The notes below the pieces were generated by a model that was not told the DNA's origin, made no database searches, and saw only the letters and a list, made by a program, of their open reading frames with translations. A stretch of 63,876 nt of DNA, the filler included, from Hausera hauseri (taxonomy: Eukaryota): assembly GCA_046269625.1 (NCBI GenBank). It is 9 parts of 9 records of this genome, joined end to end, with 100 filler letters (N's around TTAATTAATTAA, not from the genome) between each part and the next. Parts side by side here need not be neighbours in the genome. Positions count along the whole stretch, not along the records: positions 1 to 17,882 come from JBJURY010177749.1; positions 17,983 to 25,536 come from JBJURY010006790.1; 7 more parts are not named here. One strand, 5' to 3'. Positions 10,827-22,922 of the stretch are shown piece after piece; position 1 is the first letter of the stretch; each line of letters begins with the position of its first letter. Position numbers and translations under genes: made by a program.

Positions 10827-11065
10827 TTGTGGGCGGTACTAAAGGCTGATGCTGAGGAGGCATGGTTGCTGGGTTTAGAGGCAGAGAGAGCATTCCAGGT
10901 TGACATGGAGGAGCAGGTGTCGGTCACGTGTCCGGAAGAGGTGCTGGATAGTCTGAGAACCCCCTCCTACAACTACACCAGCTTCAGCTCCTATACAAGC
11001 TTCCGCTGAGGTCCATGTGCAGTCAGCAAGCTCAGATCTGCACCAGTCTGCACACTGTGGAACAG
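10827..11065 (+). pseudogene. unk: unkempt-like coiled-coil exon, frameshifted
   Basis: TTTAATAG| and |GTCAGT boundaries; LKADAEEA... and ...LPLRSMCSQQAQICTSLHTVEQ resemble UNK WKKEAEEA and LSLSTLYSLQKQLRAHLEQVDK; 239 nt, one base short of frame. Confidence 0.55.
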
Positions 11066-11102
11066 GTCAGTCCTGCATTCATGCCAACCCACACTTCAGT
11101 TA

Positions 11103-11510
11103 TAGTGCTGTAAAAATTGCCCTCTTTACAGACTTCTTAGGTTTTTGCACATCTGTCACATTAAAATGGTACATATTATCAAATAACTTTGAATAATGAC
11201 TATCAGACAAAGATGACCTGATTGAATACAAAAAATAACTGGCAATGAGTCTTTCACATCTCTATGGAGGAATGTTGGCCCATTCTTCATTACATAATTG
11301 TTTTAATTCAGCCACAGTGGAGGGTTCTTGAGCATGCCTTGTCTGCCTAAGGTCATGCTACAGCATCGCACCCAGATTCAAGTTCTGCTATAGCTTTACG
11401 CCAAATGTAACGGGATGCTCACCTTTCAAAAAGTTCCATTTTGTTTGATCAGGCCACACAATATTTTCCCAAAAGTCTTTATTAAGATGTTTTTATGGTA
11501 AATGTTAAAA
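11103..11510 (-). mobile_element. Tc1-like transposon remnant, internally deleted
   Basis: Decayed TIR-like start TAGTGCTGTAAAAATTGCCC and Tc1 transposase-like pieces (GGAGGAATGTTGGCCCATTCTTC; AAAAGTTCCATTTTGTTTGATCAGGCCAC). Confidence 0.6.
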
Positions 11511-11589
11511 GGACACTTTGGGATTTGCTCGGTGGTCAAAACTACTCAATGTCTCACCCTAAATGGCTTGTCAAACAGATCACTTACAG

Positions 11590-12380
11590 CCTCACTTGCC
11601 TCCAGGAGAGCATCTCTTACCAATTTGTTTGATTCCAGAGAGCTGTTATACTCTTAAACCTGGTCTCCCACCTAATGTCACTTAGTATCAGCTTGACATA
11701 CTTTGTCAAAATGGCCCATTCCTGGGTTGCACCAGCGAATAAATTGAAAAGCTTCTGCAAATACACCAAATGGCCAATGGCATCTTTAGTGGACTTGGAA
11801 TCATCAGCAATGGCAAGATTCATCATGTGAGCTCCACAAGGAACACAAGGAATGCTCTAGGATTTAACTGTAGTAGACATGTAGTATCATGAACACCTTG
11901 CTTTTTCCCTTTCATGTTGGCACCATTGTTATAGATCTGTCTCCAACAATTTTCAAATGGAATTCCAAGCTCCTTCAACTTGTCTAGGACAAAAGTGGAC
12001 TAATTAAGGCCAAATGAATAAATCCCTTAACATATTCTTTATTGTGTGGTTGTAGCTGAAACAGACATTTTGCACTATGGATATCTTTTCCTTGTGATTT
12101 ACAATCGGAGTACAATCAAGAATTTTGGAAAATATTTTGCTAACTGGATATTTCTCACAATGGTATGTAATGATTCTGAAAAGATAATCTGAATTAGTTT
12201 ATTGTGTGTCTCATGAATGAAGTAATAGTGTGTGTGAACATTCATCATTTATTTTGGCCTAGATGGCCAAGATTCTCCAGTACAGGGTCATATATGTTGC
12301 CATAAGCACTACTTCCTTCAAGAAGTTGCCATTGTCTGGCTCATTAAGGTAGACAGAAGAGCCCTTAAAAGACACATTTC
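11590..12380 (-). mobile_element. hAT transposase remnant, copy 2, interrupted by L1
   Basis: VPCGAHMMNLAIAD...KLFNLF...SDIRWETR matches the hAT CxxH and TRW motifs; multiple disablements. Confidence 0.8.
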
Positions 12381-12512
12381 GGGATGGTCACGTGACCCAC
12401 TGGAAAATGGCTGCTTGAGTTTTTGCTCCGCTCCGTTAACTTTTCTTTTTCAGTGCTAGCCTCCTTAAAAATACTTTGAGCACCACTTACCAACTACTAA
12501 ATAAGATTTAAG

Positions 12513-13385
12513 ATGTCAGAGAATCAAAATCTGCAAGAATTTCCGCTGTTTTCAACTTCCCGACCGTCCAGGGGGGCGAAGAAAAAAACGCCCGAACAAC
12601 ACGAGGAACCCCCGCCGCCATCCGCGTCTATGGAGATTCTGTTATCAGAAATTCGCGCGGTTGGTTCTCGTCTTGACACCATTGACGGCCGTCTGGACAC
12701 TCTAACTTCTGGGCTTTCCTCGCTGTGTGCAGCCCTTAAAGACTTAACTGAGAAAGTCACCTCAAATGAGTCCAGGTTAACTGAAGCAGAGAACAGGATC
12801 TCGATCACGGAGGACTCCACAATTGCACACAGCACCCAGTTAGACATGATGGGTAAGAAGCTGGAGCAACTACAGGCTAAAGTTGACGACCTGGAGAACC
12901 GGGGACGGCGAAAGAATATTAAAATCGTCGGTCTCCCTGAGAGAGCGGAGGGCTCTGTGCCCCTCGCCAAGTTTGTACAGGATAACTTGCAGAGATGGCT
13001 CGATCTTCCATCGGACTTCACCCCCGAAATCGAACGAGCTCACAGATCCCTCGCGCCGCCACCATCGAAACAGGGTCCGCCGCGGAGTGTTCTGGTTCGC
13101 TTCCTTCGCTATCCAGATAAAGATACTGTTTTGCGGGCTGCATTGCAGAAACGCAAGGTGATGTATGAAGGAAAACAGCTTCTTTTCTATCAGGATCTGT
13201 CTGTTGAGGTTCTCAGGAAACGACGCGAGTTTGACGAGGTGAGGAAAGAGTTCTCTAATCGTCAGATGTTTCGAGGATTCGCCTATCCTGCAAGACTCCG
13301 GTGCTGTCATAACGGGAAGATCCATCTGTTCTCGTCCATCGAAACAGCCAGGAAATTCATAACTGATATGGATAAGGACAACTGA
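12513..13385 (+). CDS. L1 ORF1p (coiled coil, RRM, CTD)
   Basis: DDLENRGRRKNIKIVGLPE, IERAHR, PRSVLVRF, FYQDLS, YPARL motifs. Confidence 0.95.
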   Translation: MSENQNLQEFPLFSTSRPSRGAKKKTPEQHEEPPPPSASMEILLSEIRAVGSRLDTIDGRLDTLTSGLSSLCAALKDLTEKVTSNESRLTEAENRISITEDSTIAHSTQLDMMGKKLEQLQAKVDDLENRGRRKNIKIVGLPERAEGSVPLAKFVQDNLQRWLDLPSDFTPEIERAHRSLAPPPSKQGPPRSVLVRFLRYPDKDTVLRAALQKRKVMYEGKQLLFYQDLSVEVLRKRREFDEVRKEFSNRQMFRGFAYPARLRCCHNGKIHLFSSIETARKFITDMDKDN

Positions 13386-13838
13386 CTTCTTTGGTGATGC
13401 AACTACATTGGTGCTTATCTTAACTTCTTTATAGACGCTATCAGAGGTAGCCTTCTTTCCAGATCTCTCCTCTGACTATAAGTTGACAGAATCTATACCG
13501 TCTGTTTTTAGACGGCTCTCAGAGAACTGGTTAAGTACTGTTTACGTGTGAAGGTACGGAGTGGTGCTTGTTTTGTTTTACGTTCACTGCACAGCTTATG
13601 CTTAGTGTGGTTTTTTTTTCCTTCTTAGTAGCTCTTTTGCAGCTATTGCTTCAGGTTGACCGTGACCTAGCTGTGTTTGCTGTGTCCCACCGTTTGGGGG
13701 TGGGACTGGGGGAGGGTGGGAATGGGTGTTTGTGTTTTTTTGTGTTTGAAAACTTTAAAATGGTTGCGCTTAAACCTTCAAACTTATTTATGTTGACACT
13801 TTACGTTGCAGTTAAACATTGTTTAACTATTTCTGATA

Positions 13839-16800
13839 ATGAATATGGATGATTCCTTTATGTATATATCTTGGAATGTAAAGGGCCTAGGGCATGTCAT
13901 TAAGAGGAAGAAAATTTTAACTTTTCTCAAAAAGGAGAGAGCATCAGTTGCCATGATTCAAGAAACACATCTAAACGATTCTGAACATCTTAAGCTCAAA
14001 AGGGACTGGGTAGGACAAGTGTATTTTGCATCATGCAACTCAAATCCAAGAAAACGAGGCGTGGCTATATTAATCAATAAACATTTGCCATTCATTTTTG
14101 AAAAACAGATTACTGACCCTGAAGGTAGATATGTCCTAATCTCAGGCTTATTGTATGGACAACATATTACAATGCTAAACATCTATGCACCAAATGAAGA
14201 TTCCCCTAAATTTATGTCTAACCTAATCTTACTATTTAACAATAGTATCCAACATTTGGGTGTTATGGCGGGAGATTTTAACTGTACTCTAGACCAAAAT
14301 TTGGATAAATCCTCTGCTCTCTTAACCAACCCTAACACCTCCTTAGTAGTCAACGAGTTATGCAAAGAATCTGGATTGATTGATATTTGGAGGGAATTAA
14401 ACCCTCAAGTCAAGGACTATACTTTTTATTCCAACCCTCATGGATCATATTCACGCATTGACTACATATTTATACCCAGTAGCTCTATTCATCTCGTAAT
14501 AGACAGCAAAATAGGTCCCATTGTTTTGTCTGACCATGCTCCAGTCCACATGCGCATGAAATTAGGCATTCCAATAACTAAAAACAGGACTTGGAGATTT
14601 AACTCATCCCTGCTTGCCAACTCAGCATTTTGTGATTCTATGCGCCAAAGTATCCGATATTTTTGGGAGGAGAATAAACACTCCCCGGTGTCACCAGCTA
14701 CTCTATGGGATGCAGCCAAGGCCACGCTCAGAGGCGATATCATATCATTTTCTTCGTTAGTTAAAAAGACCCAGATTCAAGAACGTGTGGATCTAGAAGC
14801 AGAAGCCATTCGTTTGGAGCGGCTGCATAAATCTTCCCCCACGCAGTCAAATTGGGAGTTGCTGTGCCAGACGAGGGCTAAACTTAACCTGAATCACACA
14901 AATCATATTAAAAAACTGCTCCTCTTTTCAAAACAGAAATTTTATGAATTTGGTAACAAACCAAGCCGTATGCTGGCACACCAGTTAAGGAAGGAACAAA
15001 ACGACAGAACTATTAAATCTTTAAAAAATGCTGATGGCTCCGTCACGTATGATCCCTCAGTTATAAACAGTTCTTTCCAAAACTTTTACCAATCACTCTA
15101 TAAATCAGAAAACACATCATCAGAGTCAGATATTTCGGCCTTCCTCAATAAAATATCCCTCCCTGCTATACCAGACGAAGACCGGGTGGTTCTGAATGCC
15201 CCTTTCTCCCCTGAAGAGATTTTGCAGGCATTGCAGAATATGCCTTCTAATAAATCTCCTGGTCCAGATGGCTTCCCACCAGAGTTTTTAAAAACTTTTT
15301 GGCCAGAGCTTCACCCAATCCTTTTACCTGTCTTTCACGATCTGCTTGATTACGGTTCAATACCCGAAACCTGGAAAATGGCAACAATTTGTTTAATTCT
15401 TAAAAAGGGTAAAGATCCTGAAGACTGTGCATCCTATCGACCAATAAGCTTGCTAAATACTGACTGTAAAGTTTTTGCTAAGGTTCTTGCACGTAGGTTG
15501 GAAATGGTTCTGCCAAAGTTAGTTAAACCTGATCAAACCGGCTTTGTGAAAATGCGATACGCCTCTGACAATATACGTCGCCTAATAAATGTGGTGGACT
15601 CTGTCAACGCATCTAAACACCCTGCTATTATTGTATCACTTGATGCAGAAAAAGCATTCGATCGTGTTGAATGGGCCTTTCTCTTTGCCACACTGGAGAA
15701 ATTTAACCTAGGACCAAATTTCATTAAACTAGTTCAACTTTTATATGCTGATCCTCGAGCCACAGTCTTAACTAATGGACAATTGTCGCAAGCGTTACAT
15801 ATTAAAAGAGGCACTAGACAAGGATGCCCTCTTTCACCTCTGATCTTTACTCTGATCATTGAACCATTGGCTGAACTTTTAAGGATGGATGCCTCCATCT
15901 CAGGCATTAAGGTAGGAGATGAAGATCATAGAATCTCTCTTTATGCTGATGATGTTTTATTATTCATCTCCAACCCTATCCAGTCACTTCCGGTAATATT
16001 AAGCAATATTGCTCAATACAGCTCACTTTCCGGATATAAAATTAACCTTTCAAAGTCTATGGCCTTACCGCTTAATGTCCCCGCTGACTTCTCAGCATCT
16101 CGGGCATCCTTCTTTGGAGATACATTTCCATTTCATTTGGCCAATGAGGGGTTTGATTACTTAGGCATCTTCCTTTCACCAAATCTTAATAATCTTTTCT
16201 CTAAAAACTATCTGCCTCTTGTGAACAAAATTAAGACTGATCTTGGTGTGTGGTGCTCTCTCCCACTGTCCTTTTTTGGTAGGATAAATGTTTTGAGAAT
16301 GAATGTTCTTCCTCGTCTCCTATATTTATTTCAATCCCTCCCTTGTTATATTTCCAGCTCATTTTTTAAAGACTTAAACCGTCACTTTTCAAAGTTTATC
16401 TGGAATAATAAAAAACCTAGAATCAAAATAATCAACTTACTGAAGCCCAAAGAGAAGGGGGGGCCCGGGGTACCAAATTTGCATCTATATTATTGGGCAG
16501 CTCAGATCAAACACATGCTTAGTTGGTCCACCAACAGAACTGACTCCTTATGGGTTAACACAGAGGCGATGTCCTGTTCCCCTCTTCCCCTTCAATCTCT
16601 ACCATTCATCCACAATTTGAAACAACTGAAAAATGTTTCTGTTTCTTTCACTGTATCCAATACCCTGTCGGCATGGAGGGATGTTAAAAAATATTTAAAG
16701 ATACCTAGATGCCTTTCTCTGCTATCTCCATTTGCTCGTAACCCTGATTTTCCCTCCCAGCTGTATAGCATAGGACTCGCGGACTGGATTAGACGGGGGT

Positions 16801-17636
16801 TAACACATATTTCCTGCTTGTTTTCGGATGGAATCTTGATGTCTTTCTCGCAAATCAGGGAGAAATATAGTTTGCCAAAATCAGACTTTTTTAAATATCT
16901 CCAAATTAGACACTATATCAAGTCTCTTCTGGACAAGGGGAAGCTGCGATTGGACTTGACAGAGGTGGAACATCTTTTCACTAAACAGTGTGACTCAAAA
17001 GGTCTGATTTCTAAGATCTATATTCTGTTATCAGATGAATCTCCCTCCCCCATGACAAGCTTGAGGTGTGTCTGGGAAAAAGACTTGAAATCAGAGTTTG
17101 ACCAAGACCTGTGGGATTCTGTTTGTTCGAATTTGTATCCTAAATGCACCTCAATCAATGTGCATGAACTTAACTTTAAGTTCATATATAGAACCTATTT
17201 TACACCGGTGCGGCTAAACAGAATGTTCCCGGACAGATCTGATCTGTGCTTCAAATGTCAGGCACACAAGGGCACATTTGTTCACTGTTTCTGGACCTGT
17301 GATAGAATAAACTCGTTCTGGAGGGAGGTACATTCTAAAATAGAAGAGCTATTTGAGGTTCAATTCAACATGTCCCTTCTGTTGTACCTGTTAAATGGCC
17401 AATTGGACGCTCATTTCGACTACCAGCTGAAACAGGCCTTTATTTTGCTGGTCCATGTAGCGAAGAAGTGTATCCTGTCGCTTTGGTCCTCTAATCAAGC
17501 CCCCTCATTGAAGCAATGGGTTGCTCAGATCTCAACCCTACTCCCTCTGGAAAAATTATCTTTTGATATGCGGAGGCAATCAGAAAAATTTAGACGGGTC
17601 TGGTCCCCTGCCTTGGAGTACTTTGGGATTATTTAA
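13839..17636 (+). CDS. L1 ORF2p (APE, RT, C-terminal CCHC), intact
   Basis: SWNVKG, IQETH, GDFN, SRIDY, SDH; KSPGPDG, YRPISLLN, LDAEKAFD, GTRQGCPLSP, YADD; CFKC...HCFWTC. Confidence 0.96.
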   Translation: MNMDDSFMYISWNVKGLGHVIKRKKILTFLKKERASVAMIQETHLNDSEHLKLKRDWVGQVYFASCNSNPRKRGVAILINKHLPFIFEKQITDPEGRYVLISGLLYGQHITMLNIYAPNEDSPKFMSNLILLFNNSIQHLGVMAGDFNCTLDQNLDKSSALLTNPNTSLVVNELCKESGLIDIWRELNPQVKDYTFYSNPHGSYSRIDYIFIPSSSIHLVIDSKIGPIVLSDHAPVHMRMKLGIPITKNRTWRFNSSLLANSAFCDSMRQSIRYFWEENKHSPVSPATLWDAAKATLRGDIISFSSLVKKTQIQERVDLEAEAIRLERLHKSSPTQSNWELLCQTRAKLNLNHTNHIKKLLLFSKQKFYEFGNKPSRMLAHQLRKEQNDRTIKSLKNADGSVTYDPSVINSSFQNFYQSLYKSENTSSESDISAFLNKISLPAIPDEDRVVLNAPFSPEEILQALQNMPSNKSPGPDGFPPEFLKTFWPELHPILLPVFHDLLDYGSIPETWKMATICLILKKGKDPEDCASYRPISLLNTDCKVFAKVLARRLEMVLPKLVKPDQTGFVKMRYASDNIRRLINVVDSVNASKHPAIIVSLDAEKAFDRVEWAFLFATLEKFNLGPNFIKLVQLLYADPRATVLTNGQLSQALHIKRGTRQGCPLSPLIFTLIIEPLAELLRMDASISGIKVGDEDHRISLYADDVLLFISNPIQSLPVILSNIAQYSSLSGYKINLSKSMALPLNVPADFSASRASFFGDTFPFHLANEGFDYLGIFLSPNLNNLFSKNYLPLVNKIKTDLGVWCSLPLSFFGRINVLRMNVLPRLLYLFQSLPCYISSSFFKDLNRHFSKFIWNNKKPRIKIINLLKPKEKGGPGVPNLHLYYWAAQIKHMLSWSTNRTDSLWVNTEAMSCSPLPLQSLPFIHNLKQLKNVSVSFTVSNTLSAWRDVKKYLKIPRCLSLLSPFARNPDFPSQLYSIGLADWIRRGLTHISCLFSDGILMSFSQIREKYSLPKSDFFKYLQIRHYIKSLLDKGKLRLDLTEVEHLFTKQCDSKGLISKIYILLSDESPSPMTSLRCVWEKDLKSEFDQDLWDSVCSNLYPKCTSINVHELNFKFIYRTYFTPVRLNRMFPDRSDLCFKCQAHKGTFVHCFWTCDRINSFWREVHSKIEELFEVQFNMSLLLYLLNGQLDAHFDYQLKQAFILLVHVAKKCILSLWSSNQAPSLKQWVAQISTLLPLEKLSFDMRRQSEKFRRVWSPALEYFGII

Positions 17637-17882
17637 CTCCCTTTGTCATTTCACCACTATCATAAAAATCACTTTCTCTTTCCTTCTTCCGTTTATTTCA
17701 CCCATACTCTTTGTTATCCATGTATGTAACTGCCATGTATATACTTTCTATGTGTGTTAAGTGCAACTTCAATAAAGACAAAATTAAAAAAAAAAATGTA
17801 GATAAAAATACTACATGCCGAATGGTACTGTAATTTTAAAAGCATTATTAAACTGACTGTATATATCCAAATATACTCGAAA

Positions 17883-17982
17883 NNNNNNNNNNNNNNNNNN
17901 NNNNNNNNNNNNNNNNNNNNNNNNNNTTAATTAATTAANNNNNNNNNNNNNNNNNNNNNNNNNNNNNNNNNNNNNNNNNNNN
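17883..17982. other. Artificial contig linker
   Basis: N44-TTAATTAATTAA-N44, with stops in all six frames. Confidence 0.99.
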
Positions 17983-18454
17983 ACAAAGCCATGCCATCCA
18001 AACTGCAAAAATGGTTGTTTTCCAGAGGTTCCAGATAAAATTAATACAAAAGACAATGCTAAGAAATAATTAAAACAAATCTATTTGTTTGAAATGATGT
18101 TATAATAAATGTACATGATAATCAACTTTTTTTGTACTTCATAAAGTATTCCGCCGATTTGGTGAATATGCCATGATTCAATTGTTTATTTTATTAAAAT
18201 TATTTGAATAAAATTAACATTTAATTAATGTCTTGGTTTTAGTAAATCAGGCTTTTACAAATTCTACAAGTAAAATTTTATCATTATCAATAATGTGAAA
18301 GAAATTTTGGCAAATAAAATTAAGATAGTATAATATGGGCATCGAAATCTTACGTCACTTCGTACTTCTTCAATTTTCTCCTTGAAAATTCAATATTTTA
18401 CTAAAGTCAAATTTCCAGTTTGTCATTCATGTTATGTTAATGACCAATATGTCA

Positions 18455-20810
18455 AAAGGTCCGCCCGCTATCGCCTCGCCGCAGAGAGGCAGTGGAGGCT
18501 GAGTTTCTCGAACTGAAAAAATCAGGAATAATCAGAAGATCCAAATTCCCGCGGTCTTCACCTCTGCATGTGGTTCCAACAAAAGATGGTGCCTTTTGCC
18601 CATGTGGTGATTACCGCCAACTGAACATCATAACAACAATGGATTGCTACCCTCTACCATTAATCAACGATATCCTTTACAGTCTCCATGGTTCGACCAT
18701 TTTTCCCGCATTGATTTACACAAAGCATACCACCAAATTTCGGTGGCCCCAGCAGACATTCCGAAAACCTATGTCATTACACCTTTCGACCTTTTTGAAT
18801 ACCTTTTCATGCCTTTTGGACTCCGTAGCGCTCCCCAGACCTTCCAAAGGCATATTGATACAGTTTTCTCAGGTCTAGACTTTGCTTATCCCTATATCGT
18901 GATATGCTAATTGCATCATCTTCCTCGAAACAACACTCCGAGCAATTACGTTTAACCTTCCAGCGCTTGCACCAAAACAACTTTCAAATTAATTTCTACA
19001 AATGCACTTTTTTCAACATAAGGTCAACTTTCTAGGACATGTTATTAGCTCCTCCGGACATTCACCTCAGCCAGAGCGCATCACTTAGCTCAAAAACATA
19101 CAGTTACCACGTACATCAACAGAGATGCGTTCTTTTTTCGGAACATTGCACATTATTCATAAGTATATTCCACACTGCCTCACTCTAACTTCTCCATTTG
19201 CATCACTAAGCTCTGGAAAGAAAAAGCAGTCTATTAAATGGACCACCAAGCTAATCAACGCTTTCGATCACCTGAAAGATAATCTAAAAACCGTGGAAAT
19301 CCTGGCCTATCCAGACTCCGATGCAGAACTTTTCATAACCACGGATGCATCCACAACAGCTGTAGGTGCTATCCTCCATCAAGTCAAAAATGGATCACAC
19401 GAGCCATTAGAATTGTTTTATCGAAAATTTCCGACACAAGAGTAAAGATATTCCACCTTTGACAGAGAGTTGCTTGCAATGGTCCTCGCCGTAAAACACT
19501 TTAGGCATCTGCTAACTGCACGAATTTTTACAATACAAACGGACCACAAGCCCTTGCTTCAAATTCTCATCATGAAATCGTCTTCTCCACGTCAGGAGAG
19601 GTAAATATCGTATTTGTCCACATTTGGTTTTGAAATTAAGCACCCAAACGGATTCGACAATTTAGTAGCTGACTTTTTTCCCGATCGGTCAGCTTAATTG
19701 ATTTTACACCTATTTTCCCTCAATCCAAAGTTCAACAAAACCAGCCACCTCCTGACATCATTAAGTCTTTTAAATCGTGTGGCTTTTGACTCCTCCAAAC
19801 CTAATAATCCTAAAGTTATCCTTTCTCAATCGCTTTAAAAAGAAGCATTCAACAACATCCATTTGTTGCATTATCCCGGTGCCAAGGCCAATTTTCGACT
19901 CCTACAACGCCAAGCAGTATGGCCGTCGATACGCCCTGACGCGCAGGCATGGGTTATGCAGTGTGTGGCAGACTAAAAATACAAAGTTACTAAGCACTTA
20001 AAGTTACCACTATACCATTTTCCCTGCACGTCTCGTTTTGAATCTGTTTACATTGATCTTGTAGGCCCACTACTTTTAGACAACGGCTGTTAGTTTATCC
20101 TCACAATTATGAACCGTTTCTCGCGATGGCTAGAGGCTGTTCCGCTTCGGAGCACCAACAAAAAACAATCGCAGACGTTTTCATCCGCACTTGGATCAGC
20201 GGGTTTGGGTCACCTCGCCACATCATTTCGGATTAAGGCCCACAATTCAAATGCAACCTGTTTAAAGCTCTTGTCAATAGATTGGGAATTAACCACAGTC
20301 ACACGTCACCATATCATCTTTAATCGAATGGCCTTCTTGAATGCTTTCACCGAACGATGAAAACATCTCTCAAAATTCTTGCTGAGTCCAATCGTAGTTG
20401 GATTACACTCCTTCCATACGTTCTGCTTAGCTGGCGGAACACACTGTCTACTTCTACAGGCTGTTTACCTGCAGAAGAATTATTTGGTACTTCTATCAGA
20501 TCATTATTCGAACTCACTGAGCTGGACAATATTCCCACAAACGAAACCATACAAGCGGCCCCGAGACATTTCATTGCGATCAGCAAAGACTCATTTTGTA
20601 GACTATTGCACAAAAACAAATCTTACATACCCGACGATTTATATACTCCCAAGTTCATATGGTTAAAGAATCAGACGCCGTGTGGTTTTCGACCTTAGTA
20701 TGTTGGCACTTACAAAGTAATTCATTTACACTCTCACAACATCATCAATCTCAAGGACGACAAAGAAGTAACAGTCCAAATCAACAACGCTAAACCGGCC
20801 TTCTTCATTG
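18455..20810 (+). mobile_element. Decayed Ty3/Gypsy pol (RT, RNase H, integrase)
   Basis: SSPLHVVP, CGDYRQLN, IDLHKAYHQI, MPFGLRSAPQTFQR, TTDASTTAVGA, STFDRELLA, TDHKPL, NRFSRWLEAVP; many stops and frameshifts. Confidence 0.92.
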
Positions 20811-22922
20811 ACGATACGTCTCCCATCAAAACCACTTCTCTACCAACATCTTTACGCGACACGCAGCAATCCAAAAATTCACCCCCCATGTCTATTCAAT
20901 TTCTTAATCCACTTTTTCCTACGTTTTCTCCCAATACTTCGACTTCAATTTTTTCTGACCGTTCATCCCCTTTTCCCCATCCGATTTTGCACCCTCAATC
21001 TTTTTCACACCTCCTTCATTCCCTGCTGACAACCTTTTTTCTCCTTTTACAAGACCTCCTCCACCAAACACCACTTTGACTTCACCAATCTTTCTATCTT
21101 CTTGCTCTTTTTTATTTCATCCCTCTTCGCCGTCTTTTCTCTCTCTCGCATTCTCCTTTCACACCATCCTCATCTTCGGCGCTCCCTTCCTCCCTCTCTC
21201 TTCACACATCGTCTTTTAGTTCTTTCATTTCCGCTTCGCAACTTCCTTCTGCTACATCTATTTTTAATTCTCTTCTTTTCTCTACCACTCCCTCAGTCTC
21301 ATTTTCTACTTCTACTCTTTCGTCTAACACAATTCCAATTTCTACTTCACTTTTCGTCTCTCCTGCTTCATCCGTCACTACAATTTTTATCATTCCTTTG
21401 TCTTCCAACACTGTCTTGAATACCTTTAACCATCCGTCTTCAACAATCTCTCTTTCTTCTTTACCTTTTTCTCTTCATTCTGACTCGTCTTTGCACAACA
21501 CAACACTTACAACAAAATCAGGCAATTTTTCCCCAACTTCAAACTCTGCAAACAGACGCATTTCATAAAAACAAAACACAGTCATATTCAGCAAGTATAG
21601 CAGGGAAAAATTGGTAGAAGGCAGCAACGTCTTTTCACACTAAGACCAACTGACACACACACTATTTTGTTTAGCGTTTGTTTTCTTCCGTCTGTTTTAA
21701 TCTTTATAGTTTTCACTCTGCCACTCGGGGGTTGATGTGCTGCCCACAGCGGCCGGTGCCCTTTGGCCCATTTGGTTGGGCGTGGACGGGCGTCCGCTGC
21801 CGCCGCGTCGGGCCTGATTTTCTGCCTTGAAATTTCACAGTCTTTATTCTACTCAAAACATTCGTGCACAAAAAGTATTAATTGTCGTGAGAAAGCTGAA
21901 ATCAGTCTGTTAAATGCGCAGCATCACTTTCTCTCAAACAATCTCATCAATAATCAAACCCATTCGAATTCATCTCAATCTTCAATGACAAATTTTTTAC
22001 ACATTATACGATATTCCAGTCAAATACATCAATTTCAGCTCGAATTCTAGGTCAGGAACGCGGTTTGTAGCAGTTCAGAACAATAATCAAGAATAACTAA
22101 AACAGAAAACAATTCATGCTTCAGACAATCGCTATCTGTTGCAGATTCCCAGTAAAACATTCGACGCAATCATAAACATCATATTCATCTACTGATCAGA
22201 TTCACAAACAATTCCTTCTACAGCAAACCCTCCAAATGTAAAAAATTAATCTGTCAACATTACGAAATCAGATAAAGACAAATCTCAAAATCAAATGATA
22301 TTTCCAGAAGTCAGGAAATTTTGACTGATCTTAAAAATCATAACAGACTTCAAAGAACAGGAATTATCCAAAAACCGTTAGCTCAAAACTTATGTCTTGA
22401 AAATGTACTCAACTATTCTGATCATCGATTTCCCATGGAATATTTTGACATCGACTTTACAACACGGAATTAGCCAAGATACATGGAAAAACATGAAGAT
22501 TTTACATGAAGACGTAAAGGAGACTCATTGTAAAACCATATTTCACAGTGCAATGATGGAAGATAAAGACTGTAACAATTCGCACTATAATAATAATTGC
22601 ATTTCACCAACAAGTGCTCCATTGGAAATACTGAATAGTTACCGAGAACAAAATAAACTGATTCCTTACTCAGTGGTACAGAATTTGTTCATCAATAATT
22701 GACGATTTGTAATTAGTGAATTTGCATCTCATCAGACTGAATTCAATTCTATTTATCTGCGATTCTATTAATGCCTCTTTTTGTAACTTTGACGAAATGA
22801 ACTCCATCTGTGTATGTCGATTTTAGTACCTTTTGTATGAGAAATTAAAATTGTAGTAAAAAAATTGTTTAAATATTGTAAAAAACAAAAAAAGACTGAA
22901 ATTTGAATTCTTTGTTCCTGGC

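Larger units (their letters stand above)
12381..17796 (+). mobile_element. Full-length L1 LINE (about 5.4 kb)
   Basis: 5' GGGATGGTCACGTGACC...AAAATGGC, ORF1, 453-bp spacer, ORF2, AATAAA at 17771 and A-tail 17786-17796. Confidence 0.92.

Noticed and set aside
21102-21419. Hydrophobic L/F/S-rich ORF as a membrane protein
   Set aside because: A by-product of the pyrimidine-rich low-complexity tract
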